Position numbers and translations under genes: made by a program. Shown one piece after another: positions 32,901 to 47,900 of a DNA stretch of 64,000 bases. Positions within the stretch are counted from its first letter, which is position 1. Each line of letters opens with the position of its first letter. Source of the stretch: Catajapyx aquilonaris (lineage: Eukaryota); assembly GCA_000934665.2 (NCBI GenBank), contig JYFJ02000549.1, forward strand, positions 1 through 64,000, read 5' to 3'. A model generated the notes under the pieces. The model had not been told where the DNA came from. It saw only the letters and a program-made list of their open reading frames with translations, and ran no database searches.

Positions 32901-35900
32901 TCAGAGACTGTCCAGTATGCAAAAACGTATGCAAAACAATCTGGACTTGAGTTTGATTGTGGCCCAGGAGTGACTAATGTATCAACTCTCCCCCGTTCCC
33001 CACTGTTCGGACATACTTGAGCAGAGACCACCGGATCTTACATCAACAATATATTGATGACGAGAATATTAGTAACTAATGCCACAAACAGGCTGTCTCA
33101 ATTAATCAGGTGTGTTTATAGTTAGGGCTCTCCAGACGAGTTCGAGACGTGATCGAGATGATCCACATGGCCACAGTCTCGAGCGCGTCTGAGATGTACG
33201 CACTGCAGATATGGCTCCATATCTACAGTGCGTACATCACGAAACTGCTTAAAAGATCGTATTTATAACCGAGAAGATTGTGTCTGCTGCATATACGTAG
33301 TTTCTTATCGCGTTTAGGTTGGGGTAGGGGAAGACGTTGCCTTTTAAACTTGGCCGCAGTATACCACGGAATGTTGACGAAGTTGTGCGAGTTTACATGT
33401 CATTCGCTGCTGAGCAGCCTATATACCATGCTGCAATATTCTTAGACCGTTCCGGTTTGTGACATTTTGAAGTGATTCGTCGTTAGTATCGGCACGCCAT
33501 TTGTTATCTGACCTACAAAAGGTATTTTAAAAAGCAGCAGTTCCAGCAAATTAAACACGTATATCGGTACGGCACAGAGTAGTAAATGCACACAATATTT
33601 CAAACTGGCCTGCTGCTGAGTTTGAGAAAATACGACTTGGAATGAAAAACGTGACCGCAGCAGTAACGTATAGGGCATGATATTCCGCAAAGTGACAAGT
33701 GTAGAAACTTTCTCTCGACGATGTCATCTGTAATTGACCGCTACATGCGGAAATAAAATGAAATAAATGATTCGGGTATTAGCGTCTGCATAGTAATCAC
33801 CATGTATTCCATAGAAAGTACGATGTGGTGAGGATGCTGAGGATGTGGGAGCTGTAGAGATGCGCCATTTTATTTGGACACAGCGTGACGTTATCTGCAT
33901 CCCACAAGACACTTTCCAAGCTATTTTTTAAAACGCTTACTTATGATCATGCTTGTGATGTAGAAAATATTGCTTGTTGGCTTACGACAATAGGAAGTGT
34001 TTGATCTGAAGCAAAATTCATCAGCAGTGAAATGGGTACAAGTTTACACGCCCGGAGCCAAAAATTGAGAAAGGTGGAAAGCTATACGCCCCCCTCCCCT
34101 CTTTTTTGTGTAATCAACCCCAGAGGCCAGAGTTCAATTCTATCGTTGAATGGAAAGTCTGCGAAATAGTGTAAATATAGGGAGGAAACAAATATACCTC
34201 AATTTGATTACAGATAAATTGATAACACGACCATTATAATTGCTGCATAAGCAGAGCTGAAGTACTACATTTTGTAGGATATCTGCTAATTCAGCTGAAG
34301 CATTTCGAAAATATTTTGTCGATTTTTAAAACAAGGGTGTGCAGTATTTTCAGTTACCGTCGGCATAGATTGAAATAACTTATCATTCCTTTCGTAAGTT
34401 GCATCTTAGGCCACTCATTTTGTAGGTATTTTACACACTTCTGGTACTGTACTGTACACTTCATTACTATACAACAGCGTCGCAGTATTACGAAACCACC
34501 TAATTTCGTCATCATTTTAGGAATTCGTGAATCGATTAAAACATCTTCGTAACAAGTGAATCAGACGTTTTGATCTCGTTCTAGTTATAATCCCTGCATA
34601 AAACATGACTGTGTTGCTATGCGATCCATGTACAGTGGGCCACATACAATACCTACATCTCCCTGGGCAGCTGCCCTAAAAACGTTCCTCACGCGAACTT
34701 CTTCGATTGTCGGGATGACAACTTCCAACCAGGTCGTGCTACCACCACTCTATGTTCCTTTCCTCTGAGACATTTCGGATTCAGAGTGCAGCTAGGCACG
34801 TGTCATTACGAATATGAGTCTAATTACATGCCGTGGTGTGACGCAAGGGCGGTTACTAATCGGGTGGGAAAATATTTTATCATTCCAGCGATGAAATCAG
34901 TGATGCTGGGAAAGTGGGTAGTGGCAATGCCGTAATGGGACAACACACACGTTATTAAGGAGAATGAGGGAAGTCAACGGAAACTGTGCAAATAGCCGTG
35001 GAATTTGTATGCCAATTACCCCAGGCGCACATAGTCTGCCGGAATATTCCCAATGCAGCTAGGATCGCTGCCTGTCAGCCAGAGTTACATGCACTTCCTC
35101 GAGTTTGCATGATTCCTAAATGCGCCAACAATGAGTTTAAAAAAAAATCCTAATAAGTAACTGTGTACGTACTGTACAAGGGTCAAGTCGCTCCCTTGTA
35201 AGCTATAAAAGTTCCTTTCATTGTTTCAGGCAGTGATTGTGGGAATAGCCCTTATGGCGAGACGAATCTCGCAGGAAATAGACTAGCTGAAGGAATGAAT
35301 GCATTGTGAAAACTCGTAGGAGGCTCACGTGAAGAAATGACCGGAACTTATTTCGCAAAACTATTTGGAACTAGTCATGCACAAAAAAGGACCGCATTTC
35401 TGGAGACGAATTGCTAATTTGCGGTCAAGTTCTATAACCTTGGTGGGGGTTGCACATATGGAGCGACTGCAGATTCATGATCTGTACACACATGGACCGT
35501 TTTCGACCAAGCAAAAACTTGTCAGAAGGAGGAAGCGATGGGAAATAACAATAATAATATGCTTGTTGTCCTTGGTGAGGGCGGGTCGGAAATGCCCCAT
35601 AGTTAGATTACAAATCCACCTTAAGGGAATCAGACCTCCTTTCCTGGGGATTACACCTATACCACGATTGCCTTTTGGTCTTTTTTTTCTTGCTAAATTT
35701 TTTATTGCGATGGCGCAAAAGGTTACGAAAAAATGGCAGGAAATGTTGGGATTCATGTGCAAAATGCGCAGCGATGCCATGCTGGACATGTGGCTGATCA
35801 GCAAGCGAGGTGGTGTATAGCATTTGGGTTTTTATCAGGGAGGGACCGAGATGATATAGTGTACTGTACCACTCATTCCAAGGTTGATTACAGTATAGTA

Positions 35901-38900
35901 CGTAGTTGACATGTTCCAGTATGGGATTTATCGGGTTTACCCCATTCGAAATAGGCGGTTCGATGAAACAATGTGGGCGTCTGCTCACGCTCCATATCTC
36001 TTCTCTTGGGCGGATAAAAGGCAGTGACAACGGAGTCATAGACACGGAGTGAACAATAGTCACATGTCAGGAAGGTTCTGACCTTTTGTTCCTGGATTGA
36101 AAGCTGACACTTGTGAGAAGAATGTAGGCCGTAGACTACACGTGGGAAATAAAATACAATACGCCCTTAATAAAAATGACAGTTTTTTGCTAGCGATGAT
36201 TTAGAACAATAATTATGGTTATTTTAAAGTTGCTTTTCCACAGCTATTTGTAGTGGTTATCTGAAGTATTAGGCTGTGTGGAACCATCCTTTTTAACACC
36301 TGCCCCCAAAAATAGGTTTTTATCATTGACACTCGATGCCAGTTTTTCAATAGCCCTTTCCAAATTGCAAATTTATTCAATTTCAGAACTTGGATAGATA
36401 ACTCAATTCGGCCTAATATTAGCAGAAAATACGTATGATGACCATTAAAAGTAATTACTTCAAAGTAATAACTGATTAAAATGAGTGTAGAGCAAAAATT
36501 GCTATAAATGAAACGGACATAATTATCCACAGGAAAACCTTGCATTATTCAACTGTGTGCTAAATGGCCAATATAGTTTACAAAGAATGATGCAGACTAT
36601 GCATAGAATTTAACATGATATAACTTTATTGGAGAATCTTGGCGCGTTTTCTTCCGTCAGTGTTGTGACAGGGGAATTTTCACTTTAAACAGTACTAAAG
36701 ACGTTGTTTTTAGTAATTTATACAGCTGCAGTAGCTTTCATAGCCTACGGTGCAGAGAATAAAACGTAGGAGCCTAGGAGGGAGGTTATAAGTTATTTCA
36801 GTCATTTTTTTTTTTTTGCTAATGTGACCTGTAGCATATATTCCGGAAACCATAACGGCACAAATTCAAATAGGGAGTACTGAAGGTCACGAGGCTATGC
36901 TACGAATAACGGGCTACACGCTATATGTACTCAGCATCGTTGTTGTAGTTTTTTTTACCAGATCAACAGATACATTTAATATAGAGAGTGCAGGCATGCA
37001 TTTAGTGCAGTTGCATTACCTGTGCTGACTCATTCCTTATTATATGAGCTGCATAGAGCGAATCTCTTCGGAAGACCTTGTTGTCTGTAGATCTCTCAGG
37101 ACATGCTAAAAAGGGCTTCTTTTTTTATTGCCTACGGTCACGTCTGACTGGAGGCCTTCGTTTTGCAAAGTCAGGCTGATGAGACTTCCTGTGGTCAGCT
37201 TGAATTATATGAGAACTGAAACCCTAACCAGTGATAGAAAATCCTGGGCAAGATTGCATTAGGTGGACGATCCAGATCTGTCCTTCACTGGAGTTTGCAG
37301 TTGTAATTACGTGGCTCAGATTGCACATTGCGTCAGTTGAAACTGGCAGCTGCATAATAATGAGACCATCAAAGAAAAACATGAGGAAAGTACTAATGGC
37401 ACTGGGCAGATTCTGCCTCGAATAATAACACTCGCGCAATTTTACAATTTGAATCACATTATTATTCTGCATGTTGCTGGCTGCCGATTCAGCTAACTTC
37501 GGAGGTTCGGAACTAACGGATACAGGCAGTATATGACATGCATCTAACGAAAGAAACAGCATTTGCACTCATGACGCTGTACGTGTATAAGCAATAGCAA
37601 TGCAGTAATTTATAGGCATGTATAGGGGGTAATTCTGCAGCCTTGGGTGAGAGGAACGAAACCAAGACAAAAGGGCAAAAGGGCAAAAAGCGGGCAATTT
37701 GATGCAAAATAAGCCAATGGTCGTTTTTGATGGACTCCTCATTCTGCTTCGTGCGGCCGGAGGTGCTTTTGTGCAAGGTTCGGAGATAGTGACGGGAAGA
37801 GTGACCACGCCCTTTGACCTTTTTTTAGAGTGCATTCATCCTTGGACTGATCGATGAACCGAGGCCCACTCACCCTACCCAATTATAAACAAGGCGGTTA
37901 ATAGAAGGCTGAAGTAACTCGCATGTATTGTACTTCTTGTCGACTAATTATAGATTATCGATAAATAAGATGATGATGACGGCCGGGAATTGTTTTAAAA
38001 TAAATTAACACACTCGTTATGTAGGTTAATGATTTTAAGTGTCTCAAGCCAGATTGAAGGGTGGTTCGACTTTGGCCAGCGTTTTTGTGCTTTTCTTCCT
38101 AGAAATCCAAGCACAGAGAATGGAGTCAAGCGATAATAAGGTTCTTAGGATTGTCATCCAGGGTGAAATTAATGTCCATCGTGCGTTCTACATGCTCTCT
38201 GGCCTGAATAATAAAGCCCATGGTCAGAGGTCCGCTTTACATCGTATTGCTCGCATATAGGAACCAACGCACTTGTGACAATTCAATAAATAACAATCGA
38301 TTCAATACGGGGCAGAGTTACTAAAATATGAATGATCGGAATATACTTGTGTCTTGGACCCTGGATATGTTAAGCATATGGAATAATGCAATTTTTTTTA
38401 GGAAGTGACAGTGGCGTGCATACAGGCATCCGTGTGCTGATTTGCTGCGAGCAGCAGGTCAAATGAACTTTCCTGGACCTTTCCTTTCAACTATTTTTCT
38501 CATAACCCGTTACTGCCAAGTGGTACTGTACGATTTCTGAGAGTTCGTCTGTACTCTATGGACGAATGTACTGGTAACAATCATCTAAGCAGGATTTTGA
38601 CGTCACAAACTTTTTTCGAACATCGCATTGACTTGGGAAAGTTGCTTAATTTTGCGTAACGCAATCTAACTGCAATGTGTACTCAATAATATTAATGATG
38701 CTTTCATGTGCGTGTACATATTTGATTTCCTTACACAAGGGGATACAAAAGCTGACACTTCCTGTCGGATATATAGGCTTCTTGAGAATTTCTAAGGCGA
38801 AATTACCCTAGTTGATTTTAGCGGTTTTGGCTTCATTACTGAGATAATAGCTTTAATCTTTTGTACAGAAATACACGCTGGTGATTGGGCTCATCCTTCT

Positions 38901-41900
38901 CCCCAGGTGACCCGTGTAATGTTGCCAAAATATCCAAAATCACCGACGGTAATTTCATATTTAAAATTAGCAAGAAGTTTTACCACCCTTATAATTCTGG
39001 CCGCCCTATTCTCTGCCGAGTTCTACGGTGTACCTTTATGACATGATATACAGCCATTACTGTGAAATGCCCAACGACATTCTTTGTTCGAATAGGCCGT
39101 GAAGGCTTTCGGGTCTGGAATCGGGTCTGGAAACCCTTCACCCGCCCGAATTTACGATCCTGGTTACGCCCCAGTCCCAAATCCGGTGACTGGTGACCGT
39201 AATCTTATCCCCGTCTGGCGTGTGTCTGTTGTCGAGGGTGTTCAATGAATGAAAGGATCGACTTACAGGGAGGAATGATAAGATGTCCCACTATCATCTT
39301 ATTTGTGAAATAATCCTGGAGCTCAGGTTGTCACCAACCTTTCCAACAGGCTGATTGACCTACTCTGAGTGCGTGTCGTGAGTCTAGGATCAGAATTACA
39401 TGGCCCCGGCCACAATTTCCATATGATTGGCCCAGGTTGTTCCCAAAAGGCCACAAAAGGTTGGGAACCTTTCTGGGAACTCTTCCTCTTCCACTAGCTC
39501 CCCCCTCCTCCTGCCAAGGCCAAAGATGTTATTATGCTGTCGTGAGAAGTCTTTCTTTTCCTTCTGCTTTTTATCAAGTTGGCTGGCCACTAGAGGCAGG
39601 CGTGTCTACGGATGGGAACCTGAGAAGCCAAGGAGCGGACGGACGGACGCCCTCAGGGGTTGCTTTCCAAGGGTGGTCAGGGTCACCTAAAGTTGCGGGG
39701 TCAGGCGGATGCGGCTACTCACCGATTGTCTTCGCTTTCTCTGGTCAGGAGTGGTCAAAGAGCGGTGTGATTGGAATTCTTGTTGGGTTCGTCACGCTGG
39801 GCACAACTCATTTTCGAAAACTGTTTAGCGAAAGTGCTTACGGCACTTAAATGTGTGGGCATTCTCGGTTTTCCAATATTTTGGAAGGTACCGGTAGTTG
39901 CTTTCCAGCCTCAATCACAGCGCTATCTTGACAAATTGGAATGTTGACCTCCGCTATTCTTATGCAACCTGTTCTGTTCGAGTGACTCATATGCTACAGT
40001 AGGCCATCCGTCAAGGCTTCGTGGACCGTTCTGTACAGCCTTGCATACATGGTACCAGTAGAAACCTTGCTTAGGACTGGTCTCAGTATGGCGTAAGCTT
40101 GCCGCATCTGGAATGGGTTGGTGGTCAGAAAAAAATGACCAACAAGAATGAAGGGAAGCGTGGGAAAGAAGGCTTCTCGCTTCGTGTTTCTCGCAACCTG
40201 TTGAAGGTGAAAATAAGAGAGGAGGAGGAAGAAGTAGAAGAAGAAGAACCAGAGTGTACTAAATCGTCCACTTATCCAGTGGGACGATTCTTTCTGCGAC
40301 GCCTTCTTTGGAATGCAATGTTATTTACATGTGCTTTCTCGACTTGATGAGAATTATATGAACAGAAGCTGGGTGAAACTAGGTTCTTAACACATCGAGC
40401 GCTTTCTATTGAGTGGTCAGGAGATTCCTTACGTCAAGAAATTATTTGCTAAGAATAAAACCAGAGTACTCTCACTTTGCCACACTTGTGCACCCGCTGC
40501 ATTCACTTCTTGACACTTTTCACATCGTTATGGCTCCTTCTGCCGAATGAAAGAAGCGGTTGAAAACACATCTTCAAAAGATGGTTAGCGTACGAATGGT
40601 TACATTGTTCGTAAACTATGTGCTGCATATACAGTATATTGGCCGTAAGGTATTTGATAATGGGAATAATGCAATAAATAAAAATGCATTATTTGAATGC
40701 TCTTGCGCTACATGCAGTAGTATTCGTAATTAAAAAAGAGCAAAAACATGCTACACAACGTTCGTGCTAGGGGTATAGTAGCCTAAGGATTATGAAAAAT
40801 TCGTGACAGCAGATGGTGGACTTGTTAGTGCAGATCAGAATGAAGGGAAGTTAAACTGTGTGTATGACTCAAGTACTTGCAGTTAACGATGCAGTTTGCC
40901 TTTGTAATTACATTCCCATGTCACGTTTTCCTTACTGGAGTACGTATAATAAGCGCATCGGCATCATACAAGTAGGGAAAAATTCATCTCTCGTGACACC
41001 ATGATTAGTATTATTTTCATTTACCACAGCTTGGGTCATGGAAAAGGCGAAGGGCATTTTTCAAGCATCATACACAATTATTGTAAAACCTGAATTTTCA
41101 CTCGCTGAATGGAAGGCGAAGTCTTCGCTTGTGGTCTACTGGTAACTATTGGTTCACATATTGTTACGTGAATAACTATAGTGGCGAAAGGAAAAATCCC
41201 ATTTGCAACGCCTTTTGTTTGCTCCTACGTGCCAACTTTCACCGCTTTTTGTCACTTCTGATAAGGCCCGGGGCTTCATCTGAAATTATTCTAATCGAGC
41301 CTAGTACAATATCATGCCTAAAAAAGTGGGTCAGGTGAAGGTTCTACACCCATGTCGACATAACTTCATTTTTACCCCCTCTAGCAACGTGTAGAATATC
41401 ATAATGTTGTAGAATAACCACCATGGAAAGATATTCACGTACCGGTACCGTCAACGTAGAGCGAGACACTCTCTAACACCGTGGTGTGGAACAGATGGAC
41501 AGATCGAGTGAGTTAGCCAACCTCGTGTAAGTTCACAAACCGTTTGTCAAACCGGGTTTATACAATATGTTCCGTGTACCGGACTCTTGTTCGCTTGTTC
41601 GCTCAGGAGGAAGGAAGATAAGGTTGTCACATTGCCATTGCAAAATTAGCAATACCAATATTTCGAAGCTATTTTCTCTTATTGTAATGTGCGATAAAAT
41701 ATGTTGCACCCTGTTATTACTGTAGAAAGCGATAGTATGGGATGCGCAAGGTGGACACCAATAATAATTCTTATGACCGCTGGCGTACCTTTGGGTTCCG
41801 TTGTAATGCTCTTTGTCAGCAGATCTAATTGCAACCTGCTGGCGTCTTATCCAGAGATTGAGATGCTTCGAAAGTTACGCATCTCGCACACAGTTCACCA

Positions 41901-44900
41901 TGTGGAAATCTCACAGTTGTCGAAAGCAAAAGCTTCGACTTACCGTTTGAATGAAATACCGTATTCAGTCGTGAAGGACCATCGTTTCTATTGATGAGAA
42001 TCTTCACACCGTCAACAATGAGGCTGTCAGATATAGGAAAGCTCACAAAAAAAAACACTCGGGGCACTTAGCCATGGACTTGAGGCTGTTCTGTTATTGG
42101 TGACTGACATGCAGGTATGTCAGAGGTAGAGTGGTACAATAAGTATACCAATTTGAAACATACAGTTGTCCACCACTGTGGAATATAGTAAAAGCTAACA
42201 TATCACCTAGTACAAAAATATTTTCCTTTGTTACAAGGAACGCCATATTTTTGAAGTGCTTGGTGTGCCTATACATATACGTATGAAATACAGAACTAAC
42301 CTTCTCTGTAGTCGTTTCGTTTTATCAATATAGACATCGGTATACAAGGTAGAGGAAATGCAAGACTCTTGAATATGTGCCAATATGGGCGAAAAAAATG
42401 ATCAGTTAGTACAGTACCTCCGTGAAAAAAGGGCAAATACAAGGCTACATCAGTAAGTAAATAGAACGTTTATTGCCAATTCATTTCAATTGAGACGCTT
42501 ACTCAACTTATTACTATGCAAATATTGGAGTGTACACATCCGTGTAATCTTTAATGACAATTTTCAGGCGCATTCATGGTACCTGTCTTGAAGTATAGCG
42601 CCGATGTTTCCTTGCTTAACTTTGTTTTTTCATGAAGGTATACTCATTAAATTGAGAGGTCTGAGATTTTTAAAAACGGCCAAGAGCACTTGGAAAAACT
42701 GGTCGTAAAATTATCAAAAACTGATGATTACTTAACTTTCACTGGTACAGTACAATCTTGAAACTTAATAGTGTAGTTATACAAGCATAGTGTATACCTT
42801 ATTAGATTCACATGATTTTTACCTGCATATTTAGCAAATAGGTAAAGTATTATTAGTATTAAAGTACTACAATAATGGCAATTTTACTTAATGTATAGGG
42901 TCCCGCTATAGCCACTGAACAATGCATTATTGTTATAGCCTTCGAACACTAGTGCATTATAATTTTGTTCTAATTTGTTTCAAGAAATGTTTAGTTTTGA
43001 GCAGTTTTTTAAAATTGCGATAAAATTCCGCTTTTAATGTTAGCAAATTTCTAATTGTGACTGTGTACCCCCATATGGCTACGTGATAATGACAAGGCAC
43101 CGGTCAGTTCACAGTGAACCTTGCAGTCGGCCAACGCGCGTGAGGCTGATGTGTCAGGCCATGAGTAGGAGGCAGAAATGCTCCATACGTGTGACACAAT
43201 ATCAGCAAATGGTGCTTATGCACGTTTACGCAACTCCAGCTTTATGAACGGTGTTTCCCTTCGTGAGTCACACAGCATGCCTTTCCATTCGCAGGGTCTT
43301 CGTTAGCTACGCCATAATCACATTGTTGTCTAGGATCACACACCGAGCCTTGATTGATCATTATGGCCCTTCAAAGCAAGACATAAGCGTATAGTTGTTA
43401 TGAACAGGGGCAACGGAGTGAAAGGATTGTTGGAACCTAGAAACCTGATCTAGCACAATCTAGACACTGTTGACATACCCTATAAGGACACCAACTTTTA
43501 TAGATAGATCTACTTTAGAACCTGTGTGTTTTTTTTTCTTTTACATAGAAGCCAGTAGTAAAACAGAGTTATCGATGTTCATTTTGGATGGAGGACAAAG
43601 TTTATTGCCAGCTAGCAGCCATTAGTGGTGTGTCTGGTAGCGGAATCGCGTGACATTCCACCGTGCTAGCTAAGCTTCCTCAGAGGCACATAAACTTGTA
43701 AAAAAAAGTATGTAATGATTGGCTGGTGGTCCGGTCGGTCGGTCGAGTTGCTTTTTGTTGGCTGGTCATCCGAACGGCACGCCTTGTTAGTTCCGTCTTA
43801 ACGCGCTTCTACTTCTTCTTACAAGCAAAGCATCATCCATCCAGGCTATATTTTTCTTCCACCCCCCTGCGTGAGATATCAGCGTACCATCTCACTTCCT
43901 TCTGTCTCCCACCTTCTTCTGGAGGCAACATCTCCTAAAGTTCAAGAGCATTATTTTGTGGCCCGCGCGAAGCACTCACCTGCAGTTGCCATCGTTATTC
44001 AGGACCCGCGCAACACGTACCTGTATTGCACAATTTGACACGCTTCCTAAACATCCGCTTCCATCTTGATGAAAATTAGTGACGACCTACCGCATTTTTT
44101 CCTGATTGCCTCAGCATTTTTGTTGTATAATAAGAATGCAGGTGTGATGCACTCTGGTGAATGCACTACTGAATCGTTGATGTCAATTGTTGGAGTTAGT
44201 TAAGATAGAATGTAGTGTGTTTTGAATAAAATAAAAATAAATACAAATAAATTGATCAGTTGATTTTGCTTCCAATAGGATGTGGAGAGGCTCCTGCAAA
44301 TGCTGGACCCTTCCAGAAGAGGCCTCATCTCCTTCGACGACTTCTGTCAAGGCGTTGCCTCCGCTCTGCAGATTCAAGGTTAGTTTTACCAGCATCCCTC
44401 ACCTCTGACCCTCCCTGAGGTCATCACTTTCCCTCTATCGGGAGATGCATTCCGAGTTTCCGCCTTTTGTCCCCGTAACTTACGAAAGGCAGCTTCTCCG
44501 TTAGAGCCCATGTTTTTTTTTGTTTTTGTTTTTTTTTAAAAAAAAACTTCACCTCGCATTCTCGCAATGTCAGATAAAGAAATGTCCGTTGTCGCGAAGT
44601 GTCCGACAGTATTATCCTCGGATTTCTGCTGCCGGCACGAAACAATTCTAAAGAATGTTACAGTTGCCAAGTGAAACAAGTGTTAGCGTGATGGCCACTC
44701 CAGGGTTAATAGAGTGGAGCAATTGGGACCATGTAACAATGGCGCCAGATTAGTTGATGGGGGCCACAGTACGTGTTATGTCCCTTGCTCTCAGGTGTAA
44801 TTTGATTTTTAACAAATCTTTCATGCAACACTTTGTAGCAGTAACGGGTTCGTGCAATTTGCGAATTCCTGTTATACGATCGACCTTATAGTGCTTAAAT

Positions 44901-47900
44901 ACAGTAGTTATTTGTACTATTTTTTTGTGTACGATCTTGTTGGAAAATGGGGTTCACACGTGACTGTGACTGAATTCACATGTAGATATTTACTTTCAGT
45001 TGCATTCGGTGACAATAACATTGCTAACTATTGTGGCTACACGGTCTTGGACCACAAATACTAGCAGTAGGCTATATGGAGTGTATATAGGTATGTATAC
45101 TACGGATAGTCGACCATATCAAACTAAGTATGACTTGGTCGAGGCCATATCTTCGTCGTTTTAGATATACCATATTGTAGTCATGCAGTTCTCTAATAAG
45201 ATATTCCATTGTGCAGATATACACAAGAGAATGGCCCATTATCATATTTTATATCTCTATGTAACGGAAAAACCTTACTGCATTTTTGAATACATTTTGA
45301 CATTTGGTTCTGGCATCATCACGTTCGAGATAACTGGCTTAATTAGTCTCAGAAATAGGCTACGGCTATAAGTACAGTATATACACGCATGGTACTGTAC
45401 CACTTTGAATTAAGTAGCCATATAGAAACGCTATGTGGCTTTTTGGAGTTGTAAAGAATAACGCAGTCTGATTATTCCGCAAAAATAGCGAGCCCTCCTT
45501 TTGTAGAGCTTTTAAGTTTGGCCGCAAAACCGAAACTCGGCTCAGGTCAAGAGAAGGGCTGGAATGCGAATGTCAAAGACTTGAAAACGGGCTGCGGTAG
45601 GCGTCAGGCCCCTTTTATTATTCCTAACAATGTGGGCCGACACTTGAGATTCCAGTGGAACAAACGCATGCGTGTGATACTTGATTGTTGAAGTCTTTTG
45701 TGTCCACTTAGAAAAAGCGTGCTTCTTCGTGCTTGCGCCGTGTCTTCTGATTGCATATTTTAAAAAACGTAATTACAATGTGCGTGCTTGCGTATTGCCC
45801 TCCACCTGGATAGCAAACAGGGCGAAGTGCCCCGAAAACGAATTTAGGTCCAGAGATATTTACATTGTTATGGTCGGTGGACTTGGTTAAAAAATGGTGT
45901 CCTGTCGCCAGTAAAATGTCGCATGCCTAACTAATTGACGATAGTGTGCGTGCCCATGATATCCCATTAAGCATATTTCGAAATTTGCAACGGTGGTAAA
46001 TCGAAAGAATGAGACACGCCTTCGCTTTTCCTCCCATTTTTTTATTGTTGTCATACATGGCTATTGTCATACCAGGATGCACGGAATTTTTTTCGGTGGA
46101 ATAGCCACAAGTCTACTGCAAGGATCCCGAGAAGTCCAGTCGTTTCGGATACTTTGTGACAGCCGTGAAGTGCCCTAATAATCACGACTTCAATAGAGCT
46201 CGGTCGAAACTGCAGTCCAGTTGCCTCTTCATGTCTTCTGGTGCGTGGAATGATTTCAAGGCAAAAGATTCTCTCTGTCAAGTACCGTTTTCCTAATTTA
46301 ACGAAAAAAACGCTTCTCCCTTTCTATTGAGCATTTTTATGATAGTTACATTTTTTGTAGTTGAATGATCAGACATCGATTCGGTGCAGTTGTCAAAATA
46401 CTGCATGGCGTTAGAAGGAATACCATTTGATTCTCAATGTGAAGACATGAAGTTTAGAACGATCCGAGTCACATTTTGGTCGAAATAGAGCCTTTGAGCA
46501 ATACAGTTATTTATGTAAGCTTTCTGACGGAGAAATTACGACCCCAAAAATAAATATTTGAAAAAATGAGCCCTATAAGGAGCACACTTTAAACCCTCAT
46601 ATATGTCTAAATCATTCAATGCGACCTTATCCTGCATTTCAGACCTTTATATGAAATCCAGGTAACAGTTTGATCTACAAAGGCGGGCGTTATTTGTAAA
46701 AATACCAAATGGTCGCAAGTTAAAAAGAAATATGAATTCTAGCGGAAAGGTCGTGCCTAAGTTGGCATATCAAGTATCAGATTCGGAATTTTGAAATGAC
46801 GTGCTGTGCTCAACAGCTTGAAGGACTGTTGTCGTACCACGCACCAAGAAGGAAGCTTAAGTGCCACTGAAGGCGAAGAAAACGAGAGAGAGAAAAAAAC
46901 AATCAACAAAAAAAGTGGTTTTTAGCCATGTATGCATGACGGAATATTAGTTCTTTTGTCTGTGTCCAAGACGTATAATGGACTGCTTTATGGCTACCTT
47001 GAGCTTCACGATTGATTCCTGGAAGCATGCAATGTTTATATGGCCTATGACGGAAGCATCAGTGTTTACGTGAGTTCTAATAATTCATGCGCCTTTGATC
47101 GCTTCATATGCCATATACTTTTTGTCCGAATCGTTTGAAATATTGTAGCATGTTTTGGTTGTGTACAGAGTACAGAAAAAGTGTCATTTCTACACCCATT
47201 CTGCTCTTTTCATTCACGTATATTTTGTCCCCCTCCGCTGTGTGTGTGTGTGCAGTGACATGTTGCCGGAAGGGTGCTTCATATACAATGTTGGGAAGTC
47301 TTTCCGGGAAGAAGCACATTATCCGCAACCTTCCTTTCACTGTCACTTGCAGAGCTTTTCCGCAAAGGGGGGGGGGGGGAANGGGAATAACGTGCAGCAG
47401 TCTACAAATTGGAGAAAACGTCTATTCCAATGTGGTTACTGGCTCTTGCAAGGTGATTGAATAAACCTCTCTGCGAAAGGCAGGATATGAGCTCTCAACT
47501 CGGGTCGCAGAGACGCATATGCAGTAACCCTGTACTCTATGGTATATGTAGTAAAAAGTTTTCCTGGAAAATATTATAATCAATATTGCCAGTATAGTGA
47601 CCGTTCGCAGTTAAGGACACGTGATAATTTGTCATTACAAACAAAATGGCTTTTTGTTATACAGTGGATTGATAATTATCGTAAGACCCCCATGTATGGG
47701 CATTTGCCTAACTGGGTACACAAATAAATAAATAATAATAAAAAAAATAATTATCGCAAGAGTTGCGTCAGTTGCCCTAAGACATGAACCTTCAGGTTTT
47801 CATTGACTAATGCGTGTGTCAGGGTAATCGAGCTCGATTTGGCTACGTCATCAAGCGGAATCAATACCTTCATTAAGAATTGATAGAACCGAGTTGACTC

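Noticed and set aside
35365..36063. Cluster of 109-151-aa ORFs in FIP intron 1 (similarly 39396-39850 and 47899-48572)
   Set aside because: No recognisable domain, no convincing splice or start context, and overlapping ORFs on both strands as expected by chance.
47367..47385. G-runs containing N (also 49713-49740)
   Set aside because: Sequencing uncertainty in homopolymers; ORF breaks there are not informative.
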